Below are positions 15,869 to 30,227 of a DNA stretch of 64,000 nt, piece after piece (positions within the stretch are counted from its first letter, which is position 1; each line of letters begins with the position of its first letter). A program made the position numbers and the translations under genes. The notes beneath the pieces are model-generated. The model made no database searches. It was given only the letters and a program-made list of their open reading frames with translations, and was not told the origin of the DNA. Source of the stretch: Dimorphilus gyrociliatus (Eukaryota > Animalia > Annelida); contig CAJFCJ010000024.1 of assembly GCA_904063045.1 (NCBI GenBank), positions 620,001 through 684,000 on the forward strand, in the 5' to 3' direction.

Positions 15869-18568
15869 AGTTTTTAGAGAATTCTGCAAAAGAAACAGAG
15901 ATAAAATTATCTCTATTCAGTTAAGATATAATCTTTCGCTATATTTATCTTTATTTATAAATAAAGGGTGAAAAGTAACTTGGTAACTACTTACCTTTAA
16001 TTATTAATGATCAAAGGATAATCGTGATTATATTTATTGTTCTAAGAGAAGAGACTGTCTGTTTTCTAACCAAAAAGTTGCTCGAATACAACAATATCGC
16101 ACACGCCCAACGCGTAATGCTGATTCACAATTCACATATTTAATATAATGTATATTTGCAAAGCGCCTCGAAGAGCACCAACTGCAAAAACTGCACCAAC
16201 CAACCAGGCAGCAGTGTTTATAAAAAGTACCAGTTACTATTTTACAGTACGCACTCTCTCGATTTTTATTTCGTTCCCTCTCTCTCTGTTACTCTATATA
16301 TTTTGTGTATAGGATCAAATTGATTTTTTTATAATATGGGGGCCTACACCTCACTATTTAAATGCAAATTTGTATATCATAGTTTTGTGGCCCACTATTT
16401 ATGTCCTCAAAATAAGGCCTATTGGGGTTATAGTTCTAAACGACTGTTCAATTTTCTATTATTATCACTATTACTTTTGTATTCTCGCTTCGCCACCCAC
16501 TCTCATGACTGCTGCCATCTACTTTATAGAGAAAGAACTATCTACTTGTATTAACTGTACGCGTCAAGTAAGGGTGTAGTTTTTAAAACAATATAGTAGA
16601 TAAAAAAGAAATAGAATTATATTGAAAAGAAAGGAAGCACTTTTCTTCTTATTCTTACATTGTTTCATCTTTTTTTTTCCCTCTGCAATCTTTTCTTTTT
16701 AACAAAATATTAAAGCTAACAGTTAACTTTCTTTAAGATATGTATACATTTATAATTTTCTTTACTTAGATTCCTAGTTTACTTTCGTATTGAATAAATA
16801 CTGCTAAACTTGATCAAACTGTAAGCTTAAGTAAAGGATTAAATAAAAATTGTAATTGTTGTGTCTTTTCACATAAATTTTATTCCTTATGTTTTCTTCT
16901 CTACTATTTACTTCTTTCTTTATTCATCATCTCTTTTTTCCTCTTCTTTTCCTTTTTCTTTCTTTCTTTCTCTCTCCTTCTCTATTTCTTTTGTATATTA
17001 CTTTTCAGTACGAATAATACCTCATTTCTATAGTATGTAATAGCTGTGGAACAATACTAATTTGTTTTATATAATTCATAATCTGTCTAAATTAATTTAT
17101 TAATGGACCAATGTTAATATCTTCTTTATGTATACCTTTAAATAGAAAGGACACGACTTAACCTTGAATAATATTGATGTTTGATCTATTAAGGCCCATA
17201 AATAAGAATAAATTGTTATTAAATGAATGTACAACGTTTAAAAAGGAATAATAAATCACTTTCCTTTCCTCAAGTAACTTTTTTGTAGGCGTTGCGTAAT
17301 ATCTTATCTTTATCTAGTAACATTAAAAAGTTTATACCGACCTTTTATTGATATATTCAAGTTAAGTAATAAATGAATAAAGTCATAAATGAATAAATAA
17401 GCATTGTTTTCCAAGTTGATATGATGAAGTTAGTCTAAAAGAAACCGTTGAAAAGGTGTTTCTAGAGATGATAAATTTGAATCCATTTGGCGTCTAACTA
17501 ATGGATTATACTTTTTCGATAAAAACCAAGCGAAATGGAAGTGCTTAAAAGCTATAAGATATCCCCCACCCTCCCTAACAATCTACTTTACATCAGGGCT
17601 TAACCCTCAAGACGCATATGTCTCAAAAACCTAGCAGACCAGATGACATACTTATTCTCGTACTAAATACAAAAAAGAAAGAAATATTGAAGAAATTAGT
17701 GTTGTTACAGTATTATAAATATCTCGTTACGAGCAGAAATGGTAAAGACGTGCAAAGGATGAAATTTTTCCTCATTCTAACGAATTCTTTATTTTTCTCC
17801 TCTTCTCTCGCATTTCCTTTTGCTTCCTTGTTTTCTTTTATTGCAAAGTTTAAACTAAAGAAGTCTACTTTAGACGGATAATTACGACAAAAAAATGACA
17901 GATATTTCATACTAACATAAACTGTCCTTGGACAATTTTTTTAGAATTATTAGTATTTTTTGCATTATATTGTTATTTTTATTATTATTATTTTTCTCAC
18001 TATTGTATTGTATCTGTTGTTGTTAGTATTAGATTTCTTCGTAAGGAGTTTCAACTTTCTGCTTTCTCTAATGATTACGTAACAAGGAAAATTCCTCCCC
18101 TTAACACAGAAATTTTAGTAAAGGAATGCCATAAAATTTTTTTATAGCTATATTATTAATTATATTTAAATATATCCAAGTTGATTCACGTTTTTTTTAT
18201 TATAGGCTTACTATATATGCTTCAGTGGTGCTTTGGCCGAATTAAGTAAATAGGTAGGGGCTTAGTCAATATTTATTTCTAAGAGATCAATGTAGAACGT
18301 GTAGAGCAAGGAGACGTTTAATTTCACTTTTCTCAATAACAGGTATAAGGCATCTTTCTTTTTTAAAGAAAACATATAGTTTGCAAATATTATAAATTAT
18401 TACATAATTTTGAAAAAGATTAGGCTTTTTCAATTATGTGAATAAGTTTTTTTCTTTCTATTCTTCTTTTGTTAGTACAAAAATTGTATTATATTTATAG
18501 AATCAGTATGTATTTTGTATATTTATACAGATATATGTAACGACATACGGTATATATATAATTATATA

Positions 18569-18609
<41 letters not shown>

Positions 18610-20065
18610 TATATATACACATATATATAAATTTATATATATATATAAATACTTGGTCAAGTGTGGAATGTACAATTTTCTATGAGGAGAACAATAATTG
18701 CTGAAAAAAAATTGCATACCGAAGTGTATTGCTTGTCTATAGTATACTCTAACATACTTACTAGATATTCCTTTTAGAATGTAGTATATATATTATGCAT
18801 TATATTTAGTCGTGTATTTCATCAAAGTAACAATCTTTATTAAACATTAAAACATTAAAATTCATCAATACTAATCAGCAATTAACCATTACATTTAAGA
18901 GAAAATAAAAATTAATTAATGTTTGTATACTATTAATTAATAATCTATTGTTTATTTTAGTAAGAACTGTAACAATGATTTTCTCTCTTTATTTTTTCAT
19001 AGAAAATTTATTTCAAGTAAAAATAGGATAAATCAATTTGTTACTTTCGTTGTAATTGTGTATTTTGATATGAACACTATACTTTTTTATCCATTTTTAT
19101 TATAAATATTTATATAATTCGTGTACTTGTGTAAATATAAAATAGTACATTTTATATATGCAGTACATATACATATATACATATATATATATATATACTG
19201 CATTTACATATTAATTTTCATATTTTCATGTAGAACTAAAGTAAAGGAAATTAATCTGGCATAGTTTACTTTTGAGTAAAAGAAATATAAAACTGCAAAC
19301 ATCTATAAGATGAATACTTTTTTCTCAGTTAATAATAATTGGTTAGGTAAAACAATGCTTAAATATTGATTAGCATTATATTTTTGACAGGATCAATGAG
19401 GAGCACATAGTTACAATGTTAGTTTACGGTTTGGCAAATAAATGTTAGAACAGTACTTAATTGAATCTGACCTTGTGTAGTAAATTATCACTATTATTAG
19501 TTTATTATTTTAATAAAAAACAACTTCTGATTCAAGTGTACAATACACATTATATAATTTATTTAACTTCTACTAATATATATATACTAATATATTAGAT
19601 ATATTAGATTTATACAGTAATATACTTGATTAAAGATTTGTAGGAACATGTTGAAATTTTTTAATTGTTTGATAAATTGTTTAGTCGCAATTGTTGATAC
19701 AATAGTATCTTAATATACCTTTCCAATTTCTTTTATCAAGGTTAACTGTTAATTTATTAGAAATACTTCTTTGAAGTAGGTAATATCCATATAATTAGAT
19801 ATACAATTAGGTATATATCTATTAAAAGAAAGCGTAATTATCGTCCTATTCTTTAGTATATTAGGTATTTTTATATGTAGAAATAAATAGAAATAAACTA
19901 GGGAGAGTTAACTTTTTTCCTTCAGCTTAACTTTATGGCAATTTAAGTATTAGGTATTATTTTCTTATGATATCAATTAGTTGAATATGGATTATATATA
20001 TATATATAAATATATATTATACATTTATATATGTATATATAGTATATATAGTATACATACACAGC

Positions 20066-20071
<6 letters not shown>

Positions 20072-20126
<55 letters not shown>
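20072..20126. repeat. (AT)n microsatellite
   Basis: Uninterrupted AT dinucleotide run. Shorter runs occur near 18571-18606 and 22735-22764. Confidence 0.95.
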
Positions 20127-20129
<3 letters not shown>

Positions 20130-20729
20130 AATATTTTTAAAATGTACTAATTTGATTATTCTTTAATAAATATGTATTTACAAATTGGCACTTTTATTCT
20201 CTGTGTAACTTTCAAATCCTTTCCTTTCTGTCTTATATTTAAACTAAGTGTTAATATTAAATAGTATTATGTGGAGCAATCGTTATCATATCAAGTACTT
20301 AATCTAAATCTAACGTTAAAAATGCCACAGTATTACTTAGGCTTAAGAAGGAGATTTTTTTTTAGAATTAATACAAAAAAAATCCGAAAGGAGGCGTTCT
20401 TTCTTGTTTAAAAAATAGAAAGGTGGTGTAATGAATATAAAGCGATAGATCGATGATAATCAAACAATTAAATGGTAGTGTACACTTGTGTTAAGAATAG
20501 TTGAGATATTAGTGAAATATTTTTTAAAATATGCAACAAGGTCATTCAATTAAAGCACGACAAAGATAAAACGCTATCGTGTTAATCAGCGTTGCGGAAT
20601 GCGACAGAATCGTTAATCAGTTTATTACAAAAAAAAGAAAAATAAGAAGAGAAAAACTTAGTACCGGCAGTGCAACGATAAGCTACGTACGAATGAGAAA
20701 GAGAAAAAATTTCGCTACCAGGACTCAAC

Positions 20730-20736
20730 TATAAAG
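20730..20736 (+). promoter_or_regulatory. Candidate TATA box of the TRIM-NHL gene
   Basis: CTATAAAGG about 100 nt upstream of the ATG at 20837, in a locally GC-richer region. Confidence 0.35.
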
Positions 20737-20836
20737 GCATTCAGTACAGGCGACTGCAACGATCTCTGGTGCAGTTGGCAGGTTAGACGCCGTTTTATTG
20801 TTTGTACATAATTCACCTGCGAAATAACATTGGCTT

Positions 20837-21639
20837 ATGTCGTCAATCAGGCGCCGTTTATCGATGGCTACCCAAAGTATGAACAAGCATAAGGCACCTA
20901 GTAGGTCCTTATCGACGAAAGCTCCCGAAGGTAGAAGAACATCAGTATCATCGCAACCTTCGAGGAGAGCGTCGATTGTTTCTTGGAGAGCATCAACTGG
21001 ATCTAATTTTCTTGAGGTTGAACATTGTCTTATGTGCGTTCAAGTTCCAACTGGTGGAAGGACATTAAAATGCGATCATATAATTTGCGAAGGGTAAGTG
21101 TTTTCATGTTATTTTCAAACAGTATAGTATAAAAGGAAGCATTTTTTCCCTTGGAAAAGCAGCAAACCAGCTGTAAATAATTTTATAATTAGCAAAAAAA
21201 TTATATACTCGAAAAATTTTTTAATAGGTTATCAGAGTCTTACTAAGCCTTTTACATTTATACTATACTTAAATTCTCCACTCTAAAAATATCTCTTATA
21301 TATACTGTATATACTGTATATAGATATATATATTAAATGTAATCAAATTTAAGAGATTCTCATTTAATTCTTGTTACCCAAGCGTTGTATTTAGGATTAT
21401 GTAATATATACTTTACTAATATATATATAGAGAGAGAGATTATTAGTATTCACCTCTCTATTTATCATATTTTTTCCTTAATATTTCATACATAAATGCC
21501 TACAGGGTATTAGAATCAACAGATATTACATTTTTACAGTAAAAGTTTCCCAATGTTCTTTATAAACAAGTCATATGTAATTATATTTACTTTTAATAAT
21601 TTATTTTATTGTAACGTATGAAATTGTAATAACAATATC

Positions 21640-21674
<35 letters not shown>

Positions 21675-22734
21675 CGTTAACTAAAGCAAATATAGATAAT
21701 TTTGAAGAAATTTTTATCAATTTACTTGTATTTAATATATATATTATCAATATAGTCTGTGTAAGAGAAACATATGTTTAATAGAATAATACTTGTATTA
21801 AACCCATTTTAAGAATTGATAATCAACGATGATTAAGAATGATAGAAAAAATCGAAAGCAACAGAGAGAATAGGAATGAAAGAAGATATTTGATGAAGAC
21901 AAGAATATTACTCTTTATCATTGCCAAGCTTTACTCTTTCCTCTTTACATTTTTCTTTCATTCTCTTCTCTTCTCTTTATGCCTTTTGTATTTGCTAAAG
22001 TATTACCACTGGAAAAGGAAATATTTTCACTTCTCATGTTAGTTCAATTTAAGCAGCTAAAAAAAGAAGGAATGACGATATTTTCCTAAAAATAACAATG
22101 CTTGCTAACGATATTAAATGAGAAGCTTTGTTTTTTTCACACGCTATTAGGAAAATACCTTAGAATTTTTACATTGGGTAAACACGAATATATTCTCCAA
22201 TTTCAAACTGAAATTCCTAATTATTCAACTCTAAATGGTTTACAGATCGTTAAATCTCTAATTTATTTATAAGGTCGTCTCAAAGATACATATATTATTT
22301 TAATACCCAACCGATAAAAATCTATAAAAAGTGAACGTTTCATTTTCATTCATGTGAAAATTAAGAACAGTTCTCAGTTAAACTTTAGTTTTCGTTGGCT
22401 GGTTGAATAGTATTAATTTGTTTATATAAGCAGGAAAATTTATAAATCAAGACAATATTAGAATGATAAATGAGATATCAATAAATCTATATTAAGTTGT
22501 ATAAATTTGTATAGTTTTTCTTTTTTATTTTTAGTTCTTTTCTCTTTTTTCTCCGCTTTTATCTTTAGATTAGACATAAATTCATTAAAATAATCAAAAA
22601 TCTTTACTTCATGCCTCTTATCTTGACAAAGTAACGTAATAGAAAGCTCATTGGGGAATTGAGAAAAAAGTTTTCCTGTATAGTATATACAGTATAGGAT
22701 AAGGAATAAATTGACATATAACGTACGTTATACA

Positions 22735-22769
<35 letters not shown>

Positions 22770-25700
22770 ATAAATATCTCTCCATATTTCATAGACACAA
22801 ATAGATACTTTTGAGAAATCCATTATTAAATCAATCACGATTCGTCAGTTATTACTTGATCAGTTTTTATTAATATAAATTAAACCATCTTACCATTTAG
22901 ACCACGTAAAAATTCGTTTTAACTATATTATAAACATATTTAATAGTCATGTCCAAATATAGATTTAAGAGGATTTACTATAAATTTTACGTATATTGTT
23001 GTTCTTTCCAATTTATTTCTCAATGAAAAAATGAGCATCGTTGATCATGTCACCTTCATTGGTGACAAACAAAAAAAAATGAGATATTGATTTTTTTCAA
23101 AGTAACTAATACTCCATGTACTTGAGCATGTGGGTGAATTAGTACATTGTTTGTTATATATAACTTCACTATTTAATACAATATTTTATAGTTATAATTA
23201 ATTAATTATTTATTATTAAGTAGACAAGAAGATAAAAATTTAATTTTACGTATTTCCTATTAAAAAATTAAAGCATTACGTCTTTCCGTCATGCATAATC
23301 AAGCAATAAAGGTATCTGTCCTGAAATTTAGATATTCTTCCTATAGAATAGCAATTCTTTTTCTATACTAATGTCAATTTATATTTAAAACTAAATGGAC
23401 GATTGAAGGAATTCTTATATAAACTAAATATAGGTAATTTTTTTTAGCAGTCATAATACTTTGATATAAGAAAAGAAAGTACAGTAAATATTTTTATAAA
23501 AGAAATAAATCAAGGATTTACTACTAGTAGTTTTTTAGTTTAAAGCTATTTGTCATACTTGTATAATTATTAAGTAAAAGTTAAAATATAATGTATTGAT
23601 AGATTTACAGCATGCTATTTAGTAACACTGTACATTGTTCATATAGAAAAAAAGTGAGAATAAAAGAAAGGCCTTGATGATAAACAAGGAAAGTGTTAAA
23701 AAAGACAGAAATATTTATACAGTTTTCTCCGTGTACAATAAAAGAGAAAGAGACAGGTGGAAACTAGGAGAGCTAGAGAGAGAGAGAGAGAGAGGTGGGG
23801 AGGGGGGTGGGGGACAATAAGAAGTAGGGAAATAGGAAAGAAATCTAAAAGAAAATACTATCCTTATTCATTGTTTTTTCACAAATTGTGATATATATGT
23901 ACGTATAATACATTATGTAGACCATTAACTTCTTTATGTGTTACGTACATTTAGTTTAAGTAAAAACAAAGAGGATTAGTTGCCTCCCACAGAAAATAAA
24001 TCGAATAGCAACGTCATTAATTAATACATAAATTGTTAAAAATAATTCTGAAGTTTTTATTTGGGACATGAAGAGTTAACGAAAAATCAGAGAATATCCC
24101 TTTACCAAATATAGAAAAAGCTCATTTATACACATATTAGGCACTTAAAGCCTTTATTTACTTATATATATATATATATATAAGTCGTATAAGTTGTACA
24201 TGTATTTCTATTTTAGCATGTATTGGATACTAAGTAATAAGAAATAATATATTGCATTTGTTAAGTTCTGATCAAAGTCATTTGAAAAAAACACTGCCTA
24301 TTTAATGCATATGTCTTCTTGTAATAGTATCAGTTTCAACGTAAAATTTTCCCGAATCGCTGACTATCAGTCGAGGGTTACTCTGATTCATGATCCTAAC
24401 CTGCAATAACTTATTGTCTTTTAACAGGTGCCTTCGACATTACTGCGCCGTTTATGGAGGGGTATGCTACGAAGAGGATGACCAATTTGTTCGTTGTCCT
24501 GTTTGCCTGCAGACAACACTTTTAGAGAATAACGGTCTGTCAGGGTTACCGGCTGCTGGAGAGGGAATATCTTCACCTCGAACAAAATTACAACCTTTAG
24601 TCGAGTCCTTAAAAAAATGTGACGTCTGTAGTTCAAAATTGCCCCCTTCTCAATCAAATGGGACTTTAACACCATCGCCTTCCTTCGGTTGTGATTTAAG
24701 CTCAAGTTTCGTAGATGACATAGCAGAATTCTATTGTACAAAATGTGCCGTCCATTTATGCGACGTCTGCAAGCAATCTCATTCAAAACCTTTGGTATTT
24801 AGAGATCACTCTGGTCAGTAAAATAAGTAAATTTATTTTAATATTATATATTATTGATTACCTAGGACTTGTGGTAAATATATCTCGATATAGTTACATA
24901 AACACATCTATTTATGTTGTAGGAACACAAGGAATAGAAATGCAACTGTACATTCATGACATGATAATGTCTATCTAGCATCTCTCTAGCATTTAAGGAA
25001 TATATATATAGCTAATTACTAAATATATGGGTAATATTGTATATATTGTTATATTCTGCACTGAAAAAAAATAGAATTCTTTTAATAGATCATCGTGGTT
25101 AGTCGCGATAATCTTATCTCTGTTTGCGCATAAGATAATCAATTATTAAATGAAGCTCTGAACAGAGCGTTAAATTTTTTTCAGTACCAAATTTATATAA
25201 AATTATTAAAATCTCATTTTTTAACCGACAAAAAAAACCATAAAAGTAAGAATGCAATAAATCATATAAAAATCTTTATTTAAATAAACTTATTTTACAG
25301 TTATATAAATAGCGGAAAATCAATATGATCTGCTTCTTTCCGTACATTTTCTAGGGTTCCTTTTTTATTAACTTTAAAGAAAAAAAAGTCAATTTAAAGA
25401 TTTCTTTCTTCTCTATTAATAAAAATTGTCTATAAATTCTTTATTTATTTATTTAATATTTTAACTGAATATTACTAGAAAAATATAAATTTTAACTTAT
25501 TCTAAACATACGACTGACAACATTCAGGTTGAAAATTATTATAGCCAATTAATAGCTAATACTCCTTGTAAGAGGGTATCATTAATAAAAATTTATACAA
25601 ACAGATAAGAAATCCTTAACGGAATTAATTATCTTTTGCATAGTTTTTACTTGTATTGTCTAAGCGAATATTTATTAAGATAGCAAAAGAGCTTTACTAT

Positions 25701-27231
25701 AATCTGCATATTCATTAATGATTGTTAGTACTAGAATATCAGGGTATTTCTTAACTTTTTCTGGATAAGTTATTCTAAGGGATTTACTTAATATTTTTAG
25801 TAAAAATAAACAATTTTAATAGTTTCTTGTATTTTTTTTTTGACAGTACTACATGTCAGCAATAAAGAAGCTTTAACAACTATTTGTTCTATTCACAATC
25901 AGAGAGATTGTGCCTTCTATTGCAACAGCTGTAAGACGTCCGCCTGTTCACTTTGTGTTCTTTTAGAGCATAGCGAACATCGCGTAGTAAAATTACTGGA
26001 GGCATTGGATCAGAGTAGAGATATTTTAAGGTCTAGACTAGACATGCTGACCCATCATTTATCTAATTTACGTCACCGCCTAGAACAATTCACTCAAAAA
26101 AAAGTAGATGGAGGAACTGGGAAGGAGGGTAGGGATTTAGTAGAGAAAGCTGAACGTTTATCCAACTTGTCTGCTACTGTTCTCGAATTAGCGCAATCGC
26201 AAAAGATTTTAACTCTGTACGAAGACCTATCGTCCAGGATAAAATCCGTTATCGATATAGAAATACATCAACTTCGAATGGCTTTGGATAGTTCAGTCAC
26301 TCCTGGTTCAGAGCAACCAAGTCCAGAGCCAAACATGAAAACTGAGCACGAACAATTAAAAAGAACTCATACTGGAAACGCCCTTTATAAACCGGAAGTA
26401 ATCTGGAGAATGGAAAAGCTCAGAACTGATTCATCCGATTTATTCAATCCTTGCGACGTTGCTTGGTATGAGAATAGGCTGATTATAGTGGATTATGATA
26501 CGGCATCGAATAGCAAGTTAAGAGTCTTCGACGTGGCGGCTAGAAAAGAATTAGGGATATTAGGAACGTCCGATGTTAAGCCTTTAGGCGTTTGCGTCAC
26601 CAGAGATGGCAATATAGCTGTAACTGATAGTAAAGAGAAAAAAGTAAAAATTCTCTCTTCCGAGGGATTACTCATTGACTCTTGGGGAAAAGGCCATTTT
26701 GGATGGCCTTATGGTATTACTGTAGATTCCAGAGGGCATTTCATAGTATCTGATGCATTTAGTGATACTGTCGGCATCTATTCTAGTGACGGAAAGCTCA
26801 AAGTTAGCGTCGGGAATAAAAATATAACCTTAAGAAATCCTTATCATGTGACTGTTGATAAAAACGATAATGTTGTAGTTTGTGACAGTGGAAATAATTG
26901 TGTAAAAGTATTCGATATAAGTTCTGGTCGTCTTATGGCATCGATGAGACGAACAATTTCTTCATCAGCTGGTCCTAGAAAGAGTACAAAATTAAGATCT
27001 CCTAAAGGTGTTTGTACGGATCATAGGGCTGGTCATATCCTGGTTGCTGACGAATTTAGTAGAGTATGCATGTTTGATACTCAATTCGAATATGTGAGAA
27101 ACTTATTAACTGAACAAGATCATATAAAATTCCCAGAAGCTCTAGATATTAACAAATATGGACAATTGGCAGTTACTGAATGGAGCCCATCAAATATGTG
27201 TGCTTTAACCGTATTTTCGATATATGCATAA
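20837..27231 (+). CDS. TRIM-NHL E3 ligase (RING, B-box1, B-box2, coiled coil, NHL repeats; TRIM2/3/71-like), 675 aa
   Basis: Exons 20837-21093, 24428-24813, 25847-27231 (2028 nt). RING split by intron 1: CLMC..CDHIICEGC..CPVC. B-box1 CDVC..FYCTKCAVHLCDVC..H..H. B-box2 CSIH..FYCNSC..ACSLC..EHSEH. NHL repeats PLGVCVTRDGNIAVTD, PYGITVDSRGHFIVSD, PYHVTVDKNDNVVVCD. Confidence 0.88.
21639..21675. repeat. (CAA)n microsatellite in TRIM intron 1
   Basis: About 12 tandem CAA units. Confidence 0.95.
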
Positions 27232-27284
27232 CTCTGAAAAGTATCTCCACTTTTACAATCTTCTAGTTTCTTCCCTATTTTCTC

Positions 27285-27293
<9 letters not shown>

Positions 27294-27320
<27 letters not shown>
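27294..27320. repeat. (CT)n microsatellite downstream of the TRIM stop codon
   Basis: Tandem CT run. Confidence 0.9.
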
Positions 27321-29660
27321 AATTCTTTTCTTTTCCTTTTTTATATACTTATTTCTCTGTCTTTTTCTTTTTTTTCACTCTTTATTACTTCCAACCTTCC
27401 ATTTACTTGTCAGTCTACAGTATTTATTTTCTCGTTCAAGTAGTTTAAGAATACTTTTCCTATCCTTCTCCGTCTTTTTCCAATTAATTAGTTTTATTGC
27501 CATTTGTTTTATTTATTCTGTATATATAAATATATATATTTCAACTTTTTTCTACAAAAATAGAAATTTATTAACCTTAAAAGGTTAAAGAACATTTGTT
27601 TGTTTTATTTGTCTATTAAAAATGATTTATGCAGAAATTGTTTGTGAACAGAAATGAGAATTTTAGAAACAATAACAAACAAGAATATCAGGAAGTTTCC
27701 TATTGCAATGAGAAATATTTAATAGAAAGAAAAAGGATAGGAAACAATTTTTTCAATTCTCGTGAGTAGTATTCCTAAAAATATGAAGAAAAGATCGTTA
27801 AAGCAGTTTCTTTGCATGATTTTCAACTCTAATCGTGTTTTTTTGTGCTATACGAAAATAGAGGCATTATATTTGAGTATAAATGTGTATAGTTTCTTTG
27901 TAAGTACTGATTCTAATGGAATAGCTTTATTCATTATAGTATTTTTTTCACCATTTCTTTATATCTTTAAGAAGATGGAAACTGTATAATTTCAGGTTTC
28001 AATTTTCATAAGGTTATTATATTAAATATCTTTATCTCTATATATAGCGTTCTTTTTTACTTTTTTATGAGACTCTAATAAAAGAACATTGGTACAGAAA
28101 AATATTTTACGAAAGGATAACAACCATTGTTAATAATGCACCTAAAAATTTTGTTCGAATATGCGATACTAATTAATTTACGTTTCTTAATTAACTTAAC
28201 AATTACAGTCTTGTTTGTACTGTTTTTCTCCTACTACCGCTACTACTGTTCTACAGCAATTACTATTATCTTCCTATCTCTTTTCTCTCAGCTCTTCTTT
28301 ACTATCTCACCCTCATTCCTCCTCATTCCTCACCTTATCACCTTTTCTTCATTTTAAAAAAGCTATCTATTTTCCAACACTTATATTTATCACTAATAAA
28401 ATATATCATTTTAATTAGCATGACCATTTGTTCCGATAGTCTCTTTTGGAGCAAATTACTTTGTGGTTCATATCTTCATTAAATAAATAAAAAAACTAGT
28501 TGCATATATTAATAATTGTATATAACTAAAGAGAAGAAGAAATAGTTATTAAGGTAATACGAAGCAAAGAATCTACCAAAAGATTTTCAATTATCAGAGA
28601 TAGTTTACATACCTAAGATGTGTATTGTTAACATATTGCGCATTGCAATGATCTTCATTTCTAATTGCTAAATATAGATATGACAAAAACAGATATTTTT
28701 ATACTTTATGAATTTCAAGAAGTTACATACATAAGAAGGTAATCCAATACATTTTGAGAGACTTTTACACCTTTTCACTTGAAGTTAATTGATAATTACG
28801 GTTGTACCTGACTTTTTAAGAATGATAGTTTCAGTTTTCTTTCTCGTCTTTTTTTAAGAGAAATATTTCGTGCATTTTAAGTAAAAGAAAAAAAAATTAA
28901 CTTCAACTTTGTTTGGTGAGAACTCGTCTTTTCGTTTTTAATAATGTAATAGATAGGTGGGTTTGTAACAGAGATAATTAATTATTTGTGAAACATAAAC
29001 ATGTAATTATTTGCCTTGTTAGTCATTCTTTATATAAAAAGAAAAATACAAATTAGTGGCTTTTTTTCAAGAGATTAGTCATTAATACTCTATATTCAAG
29101 TAATTATTCATTTACTTTTAAGCTCTTTTATTCACGAGCATATGACCTTAGGTAAATGAGGGTATAAATTATGTGAACTTGTTACTGGACATTGTTAAAG
29201 TATGTTTTACATAACAATGAACAATTTGAAAAGAAAGTCTATATCGAGCTATCTTAAACAAGTTTGCCTCTCCCATAATCTATTATCATAAAAATTAATA
29301 GTTTTGTTACTTGTATGGATAAAAATAATTTAAATTGTAATTTACATTATGACATAAAATACTGTTCAAAAGAATAGGAAATGAACAGCGCTCTCTTTTT
29401 GTCTTTTTTGATTTTCCGTAATCCTACTATTATATAATCCTATCTAAGTACCTTTTCTTCCTCATCCTCTACCTTCTCTTCTCCTTCTCATCTTTCTTCT
29501 ATACTCTATTATTTATTATTTTCTTTACCTTTGAAATGACCTCTAAATTTATATAAAACTGTATTTTAGGAAAAGCTATTAATTTTTGTACGGAGACATC
29601 AACTTCTATAACTCAATTATGCAATTAAAGTTCAAGGTGATCGGGTTAAAACCAGTTATT

Positions 29661-29780
29661 GTCTACGACCTTGCGGCGTTAGCAAACCGGTTCTCGTGAG
29701 CTCACCGAAGTTAAATAACGACCGGCCCAGCTAGTAACTGGATGGGTGACCACCACGAATCCTGGGTGTTGTAGACACCT
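29661..29780 (+). rRNA. RNA5S: 5S rRNA (divergent, single copy in window)
   Basis: About 120 nt. Terminal helix GTCTACGAC/GTTGTAGAC; ACCGGTTCTCGT..TCACCGAAGTTAA; box C-like TGGATGGGTGACC; helices II, IV and V still pair; short T-run at the 3' end. Confidence 0.85.
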
Positions 29781-30227
29781 TTCAAAAGCAGTACTTGTCA
29801 TATTACAAACAATGTTATCTTATTTATCTTATACTGAAAGCAAACGCAAGTTTCCAATCCGTATTAATAGCGTACCTATTTAAAGGCAAGTAAATTTTTT
29901 TTGAACGAATGTTATACTTAACAAGAACTTAGTTACGAATTCATGCTATTTCTAAGTTTATTATAGGTATATATTTATATAATTAGATTTTCTAACACAA
30001 TCGTACGATCCCTTTGCTCAGGCCTATTTAGGATTTTCGAGGTCGAGGATATGCTTTTGGCTTTGACCTAGGAAATTTAACAGAGCTCAGCCTTCGCAAA
30101 ACTCTCGCCCTCATATACCAGTTTCTCAAGAGAAGTCTGGATCGTACTTTCTCACCTTTATCAAGAAGTCAATATAAATCTTAAATCAAGCTAATTGTTA
30201 TCTATTCACACAAAAATAGAATTCAAT

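Noticed and set aside
18664-18685. TGGAATGTA resembling the miR-1 5' end
   Set aside because: The match is limited to 9 nt and there is no precursor hairpin.
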